From: an uncultured Chloroflexia bacterium
GTDB taxonomy: Bacteria; Chloroflexota; Anaerolineae; JAAYZQ01
Direction of reading: 5' to 3'
DNA: 64,000 nt
NCBI GenBank assembly: GCA_963700285.1
Contig: CAVOXA010000010.1
Location: forward strand, 1,248,001-1,312,000
Both the position numbers and the translations under genes were made by a program. Below the pieces are notes generated by a model. The model searched no databases, had not been told where the DNA came from, and saw only the letters and a program-made list of their open reading frames with translations. The stretch's first letter is position 1, and every line of letters starts with the position of its first letter. Below, piece by piece: positions 1-10,200 of this stretch.

Positions 1-1342
1 CTGGAGACCACCTACGCCTCGGACCCGGATGCCGTCGCCCGGCGGCTGGCGGTCCACTATGAGCGGGCAGGCCTGGCGGAGAAGGCGGTTCCCTGCTACC
101 TGCGGGCCGGTCGAGGCGGCCAACCGGATCTTTGCCAGCGACGAGGCCGAGGCCTCCTTCCGGCGGGGACTGGTCCTGCTGGCAGGAGGATCCTGGTCCC
201 CGATCTCAGGAAGCCTGGCGTCGGGAGATGGCGGCCGGGCTCTATGAGGGCCTGGGTGACGCACTGAGGGTGGTCCGGGCTGATGAGGCATGGAAGGCCT
301 ACCAGGACGCGCTCGCAGGCTACTGGCGAGGAAGAGCGGCTGGCACGGGCGCGTCTCCAGCGCAAGATTGGCTTCAACTGGGTGGGGCAGGGGCAGTTCG
401 ACCGGGCCGTGCAAGCCTTCGATCTGGCCGAAGTCTCTCCTGGGCCAGGAACCATTCCAGCCTATTGCCAATTGGTGGCAAGAATGGGGGGACGTACAGG
501 GTCATCGGTTGCACGCCTACTACTGTATGGGCCGCTGGCGCGAGATGGCCCGAGTGTTGGACGAAGCTGCGGCCGACCGTGGAACAATATGGAACAGTCC
601 GGCTTCGTGGCTTCTATCTTTGGCAACCGCGTCGATCATGGCCATGAGGCGGGATCGCTAGTCATCTCTGACGAGACCCTGGCTGATGCCCGGGCTGGCT
701 GGCGACAACACTGGAGCTGGGGATCGATTCTGGATCGAGTGGTCCCACTACCAGTTGGGTTGGCTCCTCGTGCTGCGTGGCGAATTTGAGGAAGCCGAGG
801 AATACTTGCTCAAGGGCCTAACCATGGTCAAGCAGACGCGGAATCTGTGGGTGGAGACCTACATGTTGAACTGGCTAGCCGTGCTCTGGCGCAAGCGCGG
901 GCAGGTACGGGAAGCACGCCGCTACGCCGAGCAAGGTCTGATGACGGCACCTACTGGTGCACCAACTGGAGCAGGTGGCTCTAGCCCAGGCAAATCTGGC
1001 CTGGGTCGCCTGGCGCGAAGGGGACATGGACGAGGCGCAGACCCTGGCCCAGGCTGCGCTGGACTCGTGGCAGCGATCCCAATTGGTCCACGCCTTCCAC
1101 TGGACGGGGCGCTGGCCGCTGTTGGCCATGGCCCTGGACGCGGACAGGCTCTCGGAGGCCCTGGATCACGCGCGGGCGATGCTGGATCCCATGCAGCAGA
1201 AGCTGCCCCGGCCCATGGAATCTGCCCTGGAAGGCGGCCATTCAGGCCGGTGAGGCGGGCCAGCCGGAAGTGGTTCGAGCATGGCTCCAGCAGGCCGTCG
1301 AGGTGGCCCAGGAGGCAGGGGTACTCTGGTAGCAGCTCATGA
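1..1342 (+). CDS. C-terminal TPR-rich part of a large ATPase/transcriptional regulator-like protein (5' end outside window; several frameshifts)
   Basis: Stitched frames read LAVHYERAGLAEKAVPCYLRAG/EAANRIFASDEAEASFRRGL ... LGWLLVLRGEFEEAEEYLLKGL ... ANLAWVAWREGDMDEAQTLAQAAL, typical helical TPR tail of STAND-type regulators. Confidence 0.6.
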
Positions 1343-1621
1343 CCCTGAGCACAGAAGAAATTGTCCCGAGCGGCCAAGGAGGATCTGTCTCTGGGCCGGT
1401 GGAGCGATTCTTCGCTCCTTTCAGTCGCGTCGAGAATGATCATTGAGTGCTAGGCGGTTGGATTTCTGTACATCCAGACAGAGTGCTGGTATTGGCAGTC
1501 CTCAGGAGGTGATGCCTATGCATAACCGGGGGCAGGCTCCCAGGCCCGGGGCCGGGGCGGGAGCTGGCTCGTTCTGTCCAACGGCCCAGCAGATCCACCA
1601 AGAAGAAAGGAGTATAGCATT

Positions 1622-1918
1622 ATGGGTCGCTATCTGGTTATTTGGGAGATTAACAACGCCAGGCTGTCCGATGATCCGCAGGAGAGGGCTGCGGCCGCCA
1701 AAGCGTCCATGCAGGCCGTCCAGCAGGGGATTGAATCGGGTATGATCAAGGAGTGGGGAGCATTCCTGGGCCTGGAGAAAGGTTTTGGCGTCTATGAGGG
1801 GTCTGAGGTGGAGGTGGCTGCCTTCCTGCAGCAATTTGCACCGTGGGCCAGCGACAAAGTCCTACCCTATGTCACGGCGCATGAACTCAGCGCCATGGTA
1901 GACGCCATGATGGCTTGA
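1622..1918 (+). CDS. small hypothetical protein, DUF3303-like
   Basis: 98 aa ORF with AAGGAG RBS; MGRYLVIWE...KEWGAFLG...GFGVYEGSE pattern resembles this family. Confidence 0.65.
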   Translation: MGRYLVIWEINNARLSDDPQERAAAAKASMQAVQQGIESGMIKEWGAFLGLEKGFGVYEGSEVEVAAFLQQFAPWASDKVLPYVTAHELSAMVDAMMA

Positions 1919-1996
1919 TCGCCCGAAAAGCGGGCGCAGGAGCCGGGCTGGCAGCCGTGGAACCCAGCGTCCCGTTGGATTGCCAGCCCTTTTTGT

Positions 1997-3322
1997 CTAC
2001 AAGCTTAACCGCCCCGACCCCTTGCAGACGGGGCAGTTCAGGCCGCCCAGGACCTTGCCGTCGCCACCGCAGAGGGGGCAGCCAATGCCCGACTGCTTGC
2101 CGCTGCTGGCTTGCACAGGCTTGGAGGCTGAGGGCGGCGCGGCCTGCTGGGCCGTCTTGCCTTTCTGCTGCTCGCTCTGTCCAAAGAGCATCCGCACAAA
2201 GGTCACCAGCGCCGTGCCCAGGATCTCGCCCAGGGTGGGACTCCAGCGCTGGACCGTCTCAAAGAACTTGCTGCCCGTGGGCGCCAGCCGGTCCAGCTCG
2301 ATCTTGAGCTGGCTGGCCGAGGGACGTCGCCGCGGGTCAGGATCCAAGCAGCGGTTCACGATTCCGACCACCGCCGGACTGAGGTCGGGCCGCAGCTCAG
2401 AGAGCGGCTGAAAGGTCGCGAAGGAACGCAACAGCTCCATGTCCAGCTCGGGGAAGGCCGTAAAGCGGTCGCGGGGATCCCGCGCCGTGAGCAGGTGGTG
2501 CATGGTCGCGCCCAGGGCATAGATGTCCGACCGGGTGGAGGGCTGCATCTGCCACTGCTCCAAAGGGGTATAGCCGGGCGTGCCGGCGGCCACGGTCTTG
2601 CCCCCGGCGACCATCACCCGTGCCCCGCTGCTGACGGCGGCCCGGGCCAGGCCAAAGTCCACCAGCCATATCCGCTCCTCAGGATCGATGATGATGTTGG
2701 CTGGCTTGATATCGCGGTGGACGACCGGCTCGGGCTTGCGGCTGTGGAGATAGGTCAGCGCGCCCACAACTTCTGTGGCGCAAGAGACGACTTCTGCCTC
2801 CGAAAGGGGGCGCTTGAGCCGTTCCAGCCGCCGCTCGAGGCTTTCGCCCTCGATGTACTTCATCACCAGGTACTGGTCCAGGCCCTCGACGAAATAGCCA
2901 TACACCTCCGGGATGCGGGGATGGCCGGGATGGTTGAGCCGGGCCAGCACCTCGGCCTCGCGCTTGAAATCCTCCTCCGCTTTGCGCCGTTCGCTCTGCG
3001 TGGCGAAAAAGGGGCGCATCTGCTTGACCACGCACAATCGGCCAAAGAGTTCCTCGTCCTTGGCCAGGTAGACGGCGCCCATGCCCCCCTGTCCCAACTG
3101 GCCCATGATCTGGTAGCGGCCGCCCTGAAGCGACTTGCCTGTGGGCAAGGGAGTGGTTCCCCCATCTTCGCTCGGAGCATTTTCCCGGGATTGTTGCTCG
3201 CCAGCCGGTAGGACGCTATCGCTGGCTCTCTGCAGACCGGCGGCCGCGAATCGCACGCCGCACTTGGTGCAGAATCGCGCCTTGGGATCCGCGGGCGCCC
3301 CACACTGCGGACAGTTAGCCAT
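1997..3322 (-). CDS. Hanks-type Ser/Thr protein kinase with N-terminal zinc ribbon and C-terminal CxxCxGxG zinc finger
   Basis: CPQC..CTKC; GQGGMGAVY, HRDIKPAN, DFG, GTPGY; C-terminal CPLCGGDG...CPVCKGSG; ATG overlaps the PP2C stop. Confidence 0.93.
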   Translation of the reverse strand: MANCPQCGAPADPKARFCTKCGVRFAAAGLQRASDSVLPAGEQQSRENAPSEDGGTTPLPTGKSLQGGRYQIMGQLGQGGMGAVYLAKDEELFGRLCVVKQMRPFFATQSERRKAEEDFKREAEVLARLNHPGHPRIPEVYGYFVEGLDQYLVMKYIEGESLERRLERLKRPLSEAEVVSCATEVVGALTYLHSRKPEPVVHRDIKPANIIIDPEERIWLVDFGLARAAVSSGARVMVAGGKTVAAGTPGYTPLEQWQMQPSTRSDIYALGATMHHLLTARDPRDRFTAFPELDMELLRSFATFQPLSELRPDLSPAVVGIVNRCLDPDPRRRPSASQLKIELDRLAPTGSKFFETVQRWSPTLGEILGTALVTFVRMLFGQSEQQKGKTAQQAAPPSASKPVQASSGKQSGIGCPLCGGDGKVLGGLNCPVCKGSGRLSL

Positions 3323-4160
3323 GGCGCTCCTCCACCCGCACCAGCACAACGGTGATATTGTCCTCGCCGCCGGCCTCGTTGGCCGCGTCCACCAACCGGC
3401 GGCAGATCTGGGACGGAGAGCCGCCGCCAGTCAAAAACTCTGCCAGCCAGGCTATTGGCTGGACCATGTCCCACAACCCGTCCGAACAGAGCAGCAACGC
3501 ATCGCCTGGGTACAGTGCAAAAGAGGGATAGATATCCACCTCCAGGTCAGGCTTGAGGCCCAGGCAGCGGTAGAGAACGTTGCGGTGGGGATGGCTTTGA
3601 ACTTCTGCTGGTGTGATCCTGCCCTGCTTGAGCAGCGCCCCTGGCACCGAGTGGTCCTCGGTCAGTTGGCGCAGCCCGCCGTCGCGCCACAGGTAGGCCC
3701 GGCTGTCTCCCACGTGGGCCACGGTAGCCTGGCCGTCCTCCACGACAGCCAGCGTCAGCGTGGTCCCCATGTCCCCGGCCTCTCCCGGGTGGGTACGCGC
3801 ATAGCCCAACAGCACCTGATTGGCCCGTTCCACCGCGTGTTCCAGCAATCGGGCGCGATCGGTCTCCTCCAGACGCACGGTGAACCCGCTGCCCACGGCG
3901 GCCAAGGCTTCGGCATCCAGGCGCCGCGTGGCCGAGGGGTCTTGGGGGCGAAAGAGCGGCGCCAGTTCCCGCTTGAGGGTTTGAACGGTCCACTCGCTGG
4001 CCACCTCGCCTGCCAGGTGGCCGCCCATGCCGTCTGCCACGACAAAGAGGCCGAGAGGCTCCTCGTCGGAAGCCTGGACGACCCGGTAGTAGAAGCGATC
4101 CTCATTCAGTTCTCGCTCGCGGCCAACGTCCGTCAGCCCGGCGACAGAAAGCCAAGTCAT
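3315..4160 (-). CDS. PP2C-family (Stp1/PrpC-like) Ser/Thr phosphatase
   Basis: TDVGRERELNED, VADGMGGH, HVGDSRAY, LCSDGLWD, GGEDNIT motifs. Confidence 0.95.
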   Translation of the reverse strand: MTWLSVAGLTDVGRERELNEDRFYYRVVQASDEEPLGLFVVADGMGGHLAGEVASEWTVQTLKRELAPLFRPQDPSATRRLDAEALAAVGSGFTVRLEETDRARLLEHAVERANQVLLGYARTHPGEAGDMGTTLTLAVVEDGQATVAHVGDSRAYLWRDGGLRQLTEDHSVPGALLKQGRITPAEVQSHPHRNVLYRCLGLKPDLEVDIYPSFALYPGDALLLCSDGLWDMVQPIAWLAEFLTGGGSPSQICRRLVDAANEAGGEDNITVVLVRVEERHG

Positions 4161-4203
4161 AGATGCTACCTTTTGCCAACCCTTGCCCCCTTCGTCGGGG
4201 CGA

Positions 4204-6033
4204 TCAGCCAAACAAACCACTCTTCACACGGAGCCTGACCTCTACCCGCTGGCCCTGCCCGCCGTCGAGCGTAAAGGTCAGGGCGGCTTGCTGTTTCCGC
4301 CCCTGGATCTTGGCCATACGCCCGACCAATTCTACGCTCTGCCGGACGCCAGGTTGCAGGCCAAACTGCTCCGGCTTGACCAGCAGCCACGCCGGAGCGC
4401 CTACGACCCGGCACTGGGCCGCGGCCCGGCTGATGTTGGTCACCGTCACGGTCCTCCGGGGGGTGCTCAACGCTCCCCGGGACACGCGGCCAAAGTCCAC
4501 GATCACAGGTTCAACGCGGATGGCTGCCGTGGTGACGGTGATCTGCACCGACAGGACTTTGGGTGCACCCCCCTCGGGTTCCAGGGTGACGGCAGCCAGG
4601 TGAGCCTGGTTTGGAGCAAGCCCCGTGGTGTCGATCTCGACCAGCACCCGGGCAGCCTGGCCCGGCGGGCAGCCGAACCTGTCGCTGCCTACCTTGAGCC
4701 AGGGCTGGTTGCTCCAAACTTCGCCGCGCAGGTAACCCCCGCCCAGATTGCTGATCTCGATCTGTTGCGGAATCCTCTGGCCCACGCCCACTTGTGGAAG
4801 CCGCAGGATCTCTGTACTCAGTTGCAGCACCCCCGGTGGCAGGGCGGAGGGATCGAGTTGCCGGATAAAGGTGTCCAGGGCGGCATCGGGGTCTTGGGGC
4901 CACTGCACCACCGCTGCCTCCGCTGCCTGGGCGGCTGCCGCATCGTGCAGCGTCCCGCGCAACCAACGGGCCAAGGTCCCATCCTGGAGGATGCTGGCCG
5001 CATAGCGCCAGTGCTCGACCGCCAGGGCCAGGAGGCTGGCGCGGCTGTTGGCCGCATCGCCGTCGGGAAAGGTCAGCGCCCGCAAGGGGGCGTTTCGACC
5101 GCCCACATAACCCTCTAATCGCTGGCGGAACTGGGCTGCTGTCAGGCGCTTGTCGATCTCTTCAGCCAGCGCCGCGCGCAGAATGCCAGCCAGGGCCTGA
5201 GGCAGTGCGGAAAGCTGCGGGTATTGGAAAGGATGATCGCGGGGATCGTCGTCGGTAAGCAGGTGGTAGGCCGTGGCGGCCAGGGAGTAGACATCGGAAC
5301 GGGGTTCCGACTGGCCCCGGTAGAGTTCCGGCGCGGCATAGCCCACGGTGCCGTAGAGGCTGTCCCTGTCGCCATCAGGCTGCCCGGCCGAGTGCAAATA
5401 GCGGGTCTTGGCTGTGCCAAAGTCCACCAGCACCGCCCGCCCGCTGTGCTCGTCGATGATGATGTTGCCCGGCTTGATGTCGTTGTGGATGACGGGCGGC
5501 TGGCGGCCGGCCAGATACTCCAGGACCTTGCAGATCTCGCTGGTATAGTGCAATACCTGTTCCGCCGGGGTAGGACCCCCAGTGATGAGCTGGCCTGTGG
5601 CGCTGTCCTCTCGGGTCAGGCCCTTGCGCAGGTCAGGCCCTTCGATATACTCCATCACCAGGTAGTTGTGCCCGCCCTCGGAGAAAAAGGCGTACAGGTC
5701 GGGCACCCCCGGGTGTTTCAGATCGCCCAGGGTGCGGGCCTCGGCCTCGAAGCGCTGGTCGGCCTTCTGTCGCGCCGCGGCGTCGGAGGGGTCGAAATAG
5801 TCAATGACCTCCTTGATCACGGCCAGCCGGTCGAAGGCTTTGGTCTGGGCCACGAGCCACACGGCGCCCATGCCCCCCTTGCCCAGGGGGCGCACAACGC
5901 GATAGCTGCCGCCGTCCAGCAATTGTCCGGGCTGGAGTGGGGCAGCAGCGGTGGCCAGCGGCGTCTGGCACGAGGCGCAGTAGCGCGCGCCGGGCCGGTT
6001 CACACGCCCGCAATTGGGACAGGTCACGCTCAA
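4204..6033 (-). CDS. Ser/Thr protein kinase with N-terminal zinc ribbon and C-terminal BACON/Ig-like domains
   Basis: CPNC..CASC; GKGGMGAVW, HNDIKPGN, DFG, GTVGYAAPE; beta-rich tail (ISNLGGGYLRGEVWSNQPWLKV); probable TTG start 6 nt after AAGGAG. Confidence 0.9.
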   Translation of the reverse strand: MSVTCPNCGRVNRPGARYCASCQTPLATAAAPLQPGQLLDGGSYRVVRPLGKGGMGAVWLVAQTKAFDRLAVIKEVIDYFDPSDAAARQKADQRFEAEARTLGDLKHPGVPDLYAFFSEGGHNYLVMEYIEGPDLRKGLTREDSATGQLITGGPTPAEQVLHYTSEICKVLEYLAGRQPPVIHNDIKPGNIIIDEHSGRAVLVDFGTAKTRYLHSAGQPDGDRDSLYGTVGYAAPELYRGQSEPRSDVYSLAATAYHLLTDDDPRDHPFQYPQLSALPQALAGILRAALAEEIDKRLTAAQFRQRLEGYVGGRNAPLRALTFPDGDAANSRASLLALAVEHWRYAASILQDGTLARWLRGTLHDAAAAQAAEAAVVQWPQDPDAALDTFIRQLDPSALPPGVLQLSTEILRLPQVGVGQRIPQQIEISNLGGGYLRGEVWSNQPWLKVGSDRFGCPPGQAARVLVEIDTTGLAPNQAHLAAVTLEPEGGAPKVLSVQITVTTAAIRVEPVIVDFGRVSRGALSTPRRTVTVTNISRAAAQCRVVGAPAWLLVKPEQFGLQPGVRQSVELVGRMAKIQGRKQQAALTFTLDGGQGQRVEVRLRVKSGLFG

Positions 6034-6287
6034 TACCTGCTCCTTTGCCACGCCAGGTCGATGGCGAACATGGTGCTCCTTTTCCAAGATTTCACGCACG
6101 AATTCGCGACCCATTATAGCCCGGCCCGGGCGATTTGGCAAAGCGCTTGCAGGATGTAGGGTGCGATGGATCCCGTATCAATGATCAGGGACGACGCACC
6201 ATAGCGACAGATGAAGGATGCTCTTACACAGAATCGCGCAGAGGAGAGAGGTCGACAGAGGGGAGAATCACACCGATCTCAGTCCAT

Positions 6288-6323
6288 AAAAAAACTGCGG
6301 CGGGCCTCAAAACCCACCGCAGT
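6288..6323 (-). terminator. Rho-independent terminator after the small ORF
   Basis: Minus strand ACTGCGGTGGG-loop-CCCGCCGCAGT followed by T-run. Confidence 0.8.
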
Positions 6324-6343
6324 CCGGTCTCCATGCTTCCGAA

Positions 6344-6490
6344 TCAGCTAAAGCGCGCCAACAGCCCCTTCAGAGTCCAATGCGAACCTTGGTTCTTCCT
6401 GTAGAGCGCTGCCTTGCGGGCGTCTTCTGATCGGCGAACCCGTAGCTCGGTCTCTATCCTCGTTGCATCCATATACATCCAGTTGGTCAT
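6344..6490 (-). CDS. 48-aa small protein under c-di-AMP riboswitch control (MTNWMYMDATRIETELRVRRSEDARKAALYRKNQGSHWTLKGLLARFS)
   Basis: Strong GAGGAGG RBS, ATG at 6490, TGA at 6346-6344; sole ORF between riboswitch and terminator; below the ORF-track size cutoff. Confidence 0.75.
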   Translation of the reverse strand: MTNWMYMDATRIETELRVRRSEDARKAALYRKNQGSHWTLKGLLARFS

Positions 6491-6555
6491 TGTGTACCTC
6501 CTCGTCTTGAACGGTGGGTATATGGTTTACCCAGCCTGTGAGGTACCCTTGCACG

Positions 6556-6593
6556 AAAAAGAAGGGCACCCAATCTAATATCGGATGACCTTC
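6556..6593 (-). terminator. riboswitch expression-platform terminator
   Basis: Minus strand GAAGGTCATCCGA-loop-TTGGGTGCCCTTC TTTTT overlapping the aptamer 3' end. Confidence 0.75.
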
Positions 6594-6708
6594 TCCCACG
6601 CCTACGGGGTTAGCTGACGGGCTCGGGCCGAAGAAGATGGCCCTGCGGATAAGACTACCGGTTCGCCCCCTGACTTGGATCCCCCGCTGTATGTGCATTC
6701 GGCGGTAT
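6589..6708 (-). ncRNA. cyclic di-AMP riboswitch (ydaO/yuaA family)
   Basis: Minus strand CGCCGAAT...AGCGGGGGATCC...GGGGGCGAACC...CCCGAGCCCGTCAGCTAACCCCGTAGGCGT.GGAGAAGG matches the conserved ydaO-yuaA blocks. Confidence 0.9.
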
Positions 6709-6733
6709 CAACTATGCAGTTGTTACAGCAGTC

Positions 6734-6762
6734 CTTGTACCATAGGTTGCAGGGTCTGTCAA
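6734..6762 (-). promoter_or_regulatory. sigma70-like promoter for the riboswitch leader
   Basis: Minus strand TTGACA-N17-TACAAG with TG extension. Confidence 0.5.
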
Positions 6763-6845
6763 GCTCGGACACCAGAGTGACTAGATTTGACGCGCTCAAT
6801 GCGAACAGCGTAGACGGCTGGAGTTTGTAGAACATTTGAGCGACT

Positions 6846-6874
6846 TTGACGGAGTAGCCATCCCGTGTTAGAAT
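6846..6874 (+). promoter_or_regulatory. sigma70-like promoter, probably giving a leaderless SH3-lhr transcript
   Basis: TTGACG-N17-TAGAAT with TG extension; ATG at 6881 lies at the expected +1. Confidence 0.55.
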
Positions 6875-6880
6875 GGAGCG

Positions 6881-7288
6881 ATGGACAAGGGACGACAGGG
6901 GAATTGCGAAGAGCCACAGAGTGACAGCCGGCGCATGTGCAAGGTGGTCACCGGCTACCGGTCGGCCTACCCTGAACCCTTTGTAGTGCAGGCAGGAGAA
7001 TCCTTGACCGCCGGCGAAAGGGAGAGCGAGTGGCCCGGCTGGATATGGTGCACGAATCGGGAGGGCGAGAGTCGATGGGTACCGGAAACCTACGTGCAGA
7101 GGCAGGGTGAGACGTGCATCGCCCTCCGCGACTATGACGCCACCGAGCTGACCGTCCGGCCCGGCCAAGAGATCATCCCCGGCGAAGAGGCGAGCGGCTG
7201 GATCTGGTGCACAGATCGAGAGGGACAAAGCGGCTGGGTGCCAGCAGAGTACCTGGTCTGCAATCCAGCCGCGGAGCATAACGAATGA
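6881..7288 (+). CDS. tandem SH3-domain protein
   Basis: Two repeats GWIWCT.REG.S.WVP..Y; RDYDATELTV. Confidence 0.85.
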   Translation: MDKGRQGNCEEPQSDSRRMCKVVTGYRSAYPEPFVVQAGESLTAGERESEWPGWIWCTNREGESRWVPETYVQRQGETCIALRDYDATELTVRPGQEIIPGEEASGWIWCTDREGQSGWVPAEYLVCNPAAEHNE

Positions 7289-10200
7289 CGAATGATGGAC
7301 CACGAATGACCAACAACGAAACTAGTTCTCCCCTGGACGCCTTTCTGCCAGCCGTACAAACCTGGTTCTACGAGACCTTTGGCGAGCCCACGCCGCCCCA
7401 GGCTATGGGCTGGCCGGCCATCCAGCGCGGCGAGCACACCCTGATCCTGTCGCCCACCGGGTCGGGCAAGACGCTGGCCGCTTTCCTGTGGGGCATCGAC
7501 CAATTGTACCGCGAGACCTTGGAGCAAGAAAGCCAGGAAACAGGCGAAAGCCGTGAGGAGGGGGTACGCCTGCTCTACGTGTCGCCGCTGAAGGCGCTGA
7601 ACAACGACGTGGAGCGCAACCTGCGCGCGCCGCTGGCCGGCATCCGCCGCGTGGCCGAGGAGCAGGGCTCACACCTGCCCCGCCTGTCGGTGCTGGTCCG
7701 CACCGGCGACACCCCCCAATCGGTCCGGCGGCAGATGGTCAAGCACCCGCCCCACATTCTGATCACCACACCCGAGTCACTGTACCTGATCCTGACCAGT
7801 CCCGTGGCCCGCGAGATGTTTCGCACTGTGCGGACCCTGATCGTGGACGAGATCCACACCCTGGTCGGCAACAAGCGCGGCGTGCACCTGGCCGTCTCCC
7901 TGGAGCGCGTCGTCGAGCTGGCCGGGCGTCCCATCCAGCGCATCGGCCTCTCGGCCACCCAGCGCCCGCTGGATGAGGTTGCCCGCTTTCTGGGCGGCTA
8001 CGAGTCCCAGGTCAACGCAGAACGCGGTACGCCGTCCGGCGGCCTCGGGGATCCCGTCCCCCGGCCCGTCACCATCGTCGACGCCGGCATGGTCAAACCG
8101 ATGGACCTGAAGGTCATCACCGCCGTGGAGGATTTCAGCGACCTGCCCGGCGGCAGCATCTGGCCGGCCATCATCCCCCAGGTGATGGACCTCATCGAGG
8201 CCCACCGCACGACGCTCGTCTTTGCCAACAGCCGCCGCCAGGCCGAGCGCGCCGCCGACCGGCTCAACGACCTGTACCTGGCCCGACAGGCGGGGCGGGC
8301 CGGCGGCCCCGAGGCAATGATGGAAGGCGGCGCCGTCAAGGGCCTCGGCATCCAGGGCACCGGCGCCGCCGGCGGGCCCTTCCGCGCCCACCACGGCAGC
8401 GTCAGCCGCGAGGCGCGCCTGCAACTGGAGCAGGCGCTGAAGGACGGGCCGGCTGCCGGCGCTGGTGGGCACCTCGTCGCTGGAGCTGGGCATCGACATC
8501 GGCGCCGTGGACCTGGTCGTGCAGCTCCAGTCGCCCAAGGGGGTGGCCCGGGGCCTGCAGCGGGTGGGACGCTCCGGCCACCTGGTGGGCCAGACCAGCG
8601 CGGGCCGCTTTTTCCCCACCCACCGCGAGGACCTGCTCGAGATCGGCGGCCATCGCCCGGGCCATGCTCGAGGGCGACGTGGAGCCGACCTACGCGCCTC
8701 AGAACAGCCTCGATGTGCTGGCCCAACAGATCGTGGCCATGGTCAGCGTGCAGGACTGGGACGTGCCGGCCCTGCTGGACCTGATGCGCCGCGCCTACCC
8801 CTACCACAAGCTGACGCTCCGAGCTCTACCGCGCCGTGCTGGACATGCTGACGGGCCGCTATCCCAGCACCGCCTTCCGCGAGCTGCGGCCGCGCATCGC
8901 CTGGGACCGGGTCCACGACCGGCTCACGGCCCTGCCCGGCAGCCGCCTGCTGGCCATCCGCAACGGCGGCACCATCCCCGACCGGGGCACTTTTGCCGCC
9001 TATCTGCCCGACCGCAAGACGCGGCTGGGCGAACTGGACGAGGAGTTTGTCTTCGAGACGCGTCCCGGCGACGTGTTCACCCTGGGGGCCAGCACCTGGC
9101 GCGTGCAGGAGGTCACCGACGACCGGGTCATCGTCACCCCGGCGCCCGGCTACCTGCCGCGCATGCCCTTCTGGAAGGGGGACGCGCCCCGGCGGGACTA
9201 TCACCTGGGCGAGATCTATGGCCGCTTCCGCCGCGAGCTGGCCGAGCGCATAGCGCAAGGGACCAGGGAGCGGATGGCAGCGGACGGGGCGCACGAGGTC
9301 GTGGACGAAGGGCTTTCGAAGCAGAGGATGCCCAGGCGGAAGCCTGCATTACAGACTGGCTCCAGGAAGACTATCGTCTCGACATCCACTCGGCGCGGAA
9401 CGCGGTCCGCTACGTGGCCCGCCAGATGGACGTACTGGGCACCATCTCGTCCGACCGGACCGTCATCGCCGAGATGTTCACCGATCCCCTGGGCGACCTG
9501 CGGCTGGTGATCCACTCCTGCTTTGGCGCCCGGGTGAACAGCCCCTGGGCGCTGGCCCTGTCCCAGGCCTTTCGCGAGGCCATGGGCCGACCCGGCGCGC
9601 TGGGACCCAGGCCCGAGGTCATGGTCAGCGACGATGGCATCCTCTTCCGCTTCCTGGAGACCGACCAGGAACCGCCCCTGGACCTGATCCGCGAGATGGG
9701 GCCGGCCGAGGCCCGGGAGCGGCTCCTGGTCGAGCTGCCCAACTCGGCCGTGTTTGGCGCCCAGTTTCGCATGAACGCCGCCCGCGCCCTGCTGCTGCCC
9801 GCCGCCAAAGGCGCCCAGAAACGCACGCCTTTCTGGCTGCAGCGCCTGCGGGCCAAGGACCTGCTGTCGGTGGCCAAGGGGTTTGAGGATTTCCCCATCG
9901 TCGCCGAGACCTACCGCGATTGCCTGCGCGACGTGCTGGACCTGGCACACCTGGAGGAGGTACTGCGCGGCATCCAGGGCGGCGAGATCGAGGTGGTGAT
10001 CAACGAGACGATGGTGCCCAGCCCCGTGGCCGGCAGCCTGCTCTACGACATGATCGCCAAGTACATGTACGAGTGGGACCAGCCCAAGGCCGAGCGCCAG
10101 ATGCAGGCCCTGATGGTGGGCCGCGAGCTGCTGTCCCAGCTCCTGGACGACGCCTCGGCGAGGGCTCGCTGCCCGACCTGCTGCGTCCGGAGGCGGTGCG

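Noticed and set aside
2495-6159. Long plus-strand ORFs opposite the kinase operon (and similar antisense ORFs such as 51174-52682 and 61934-63505)
   Set aside because: Shadow ORFs expected from high-GC codon bias; no recognisable motifs or RBS.
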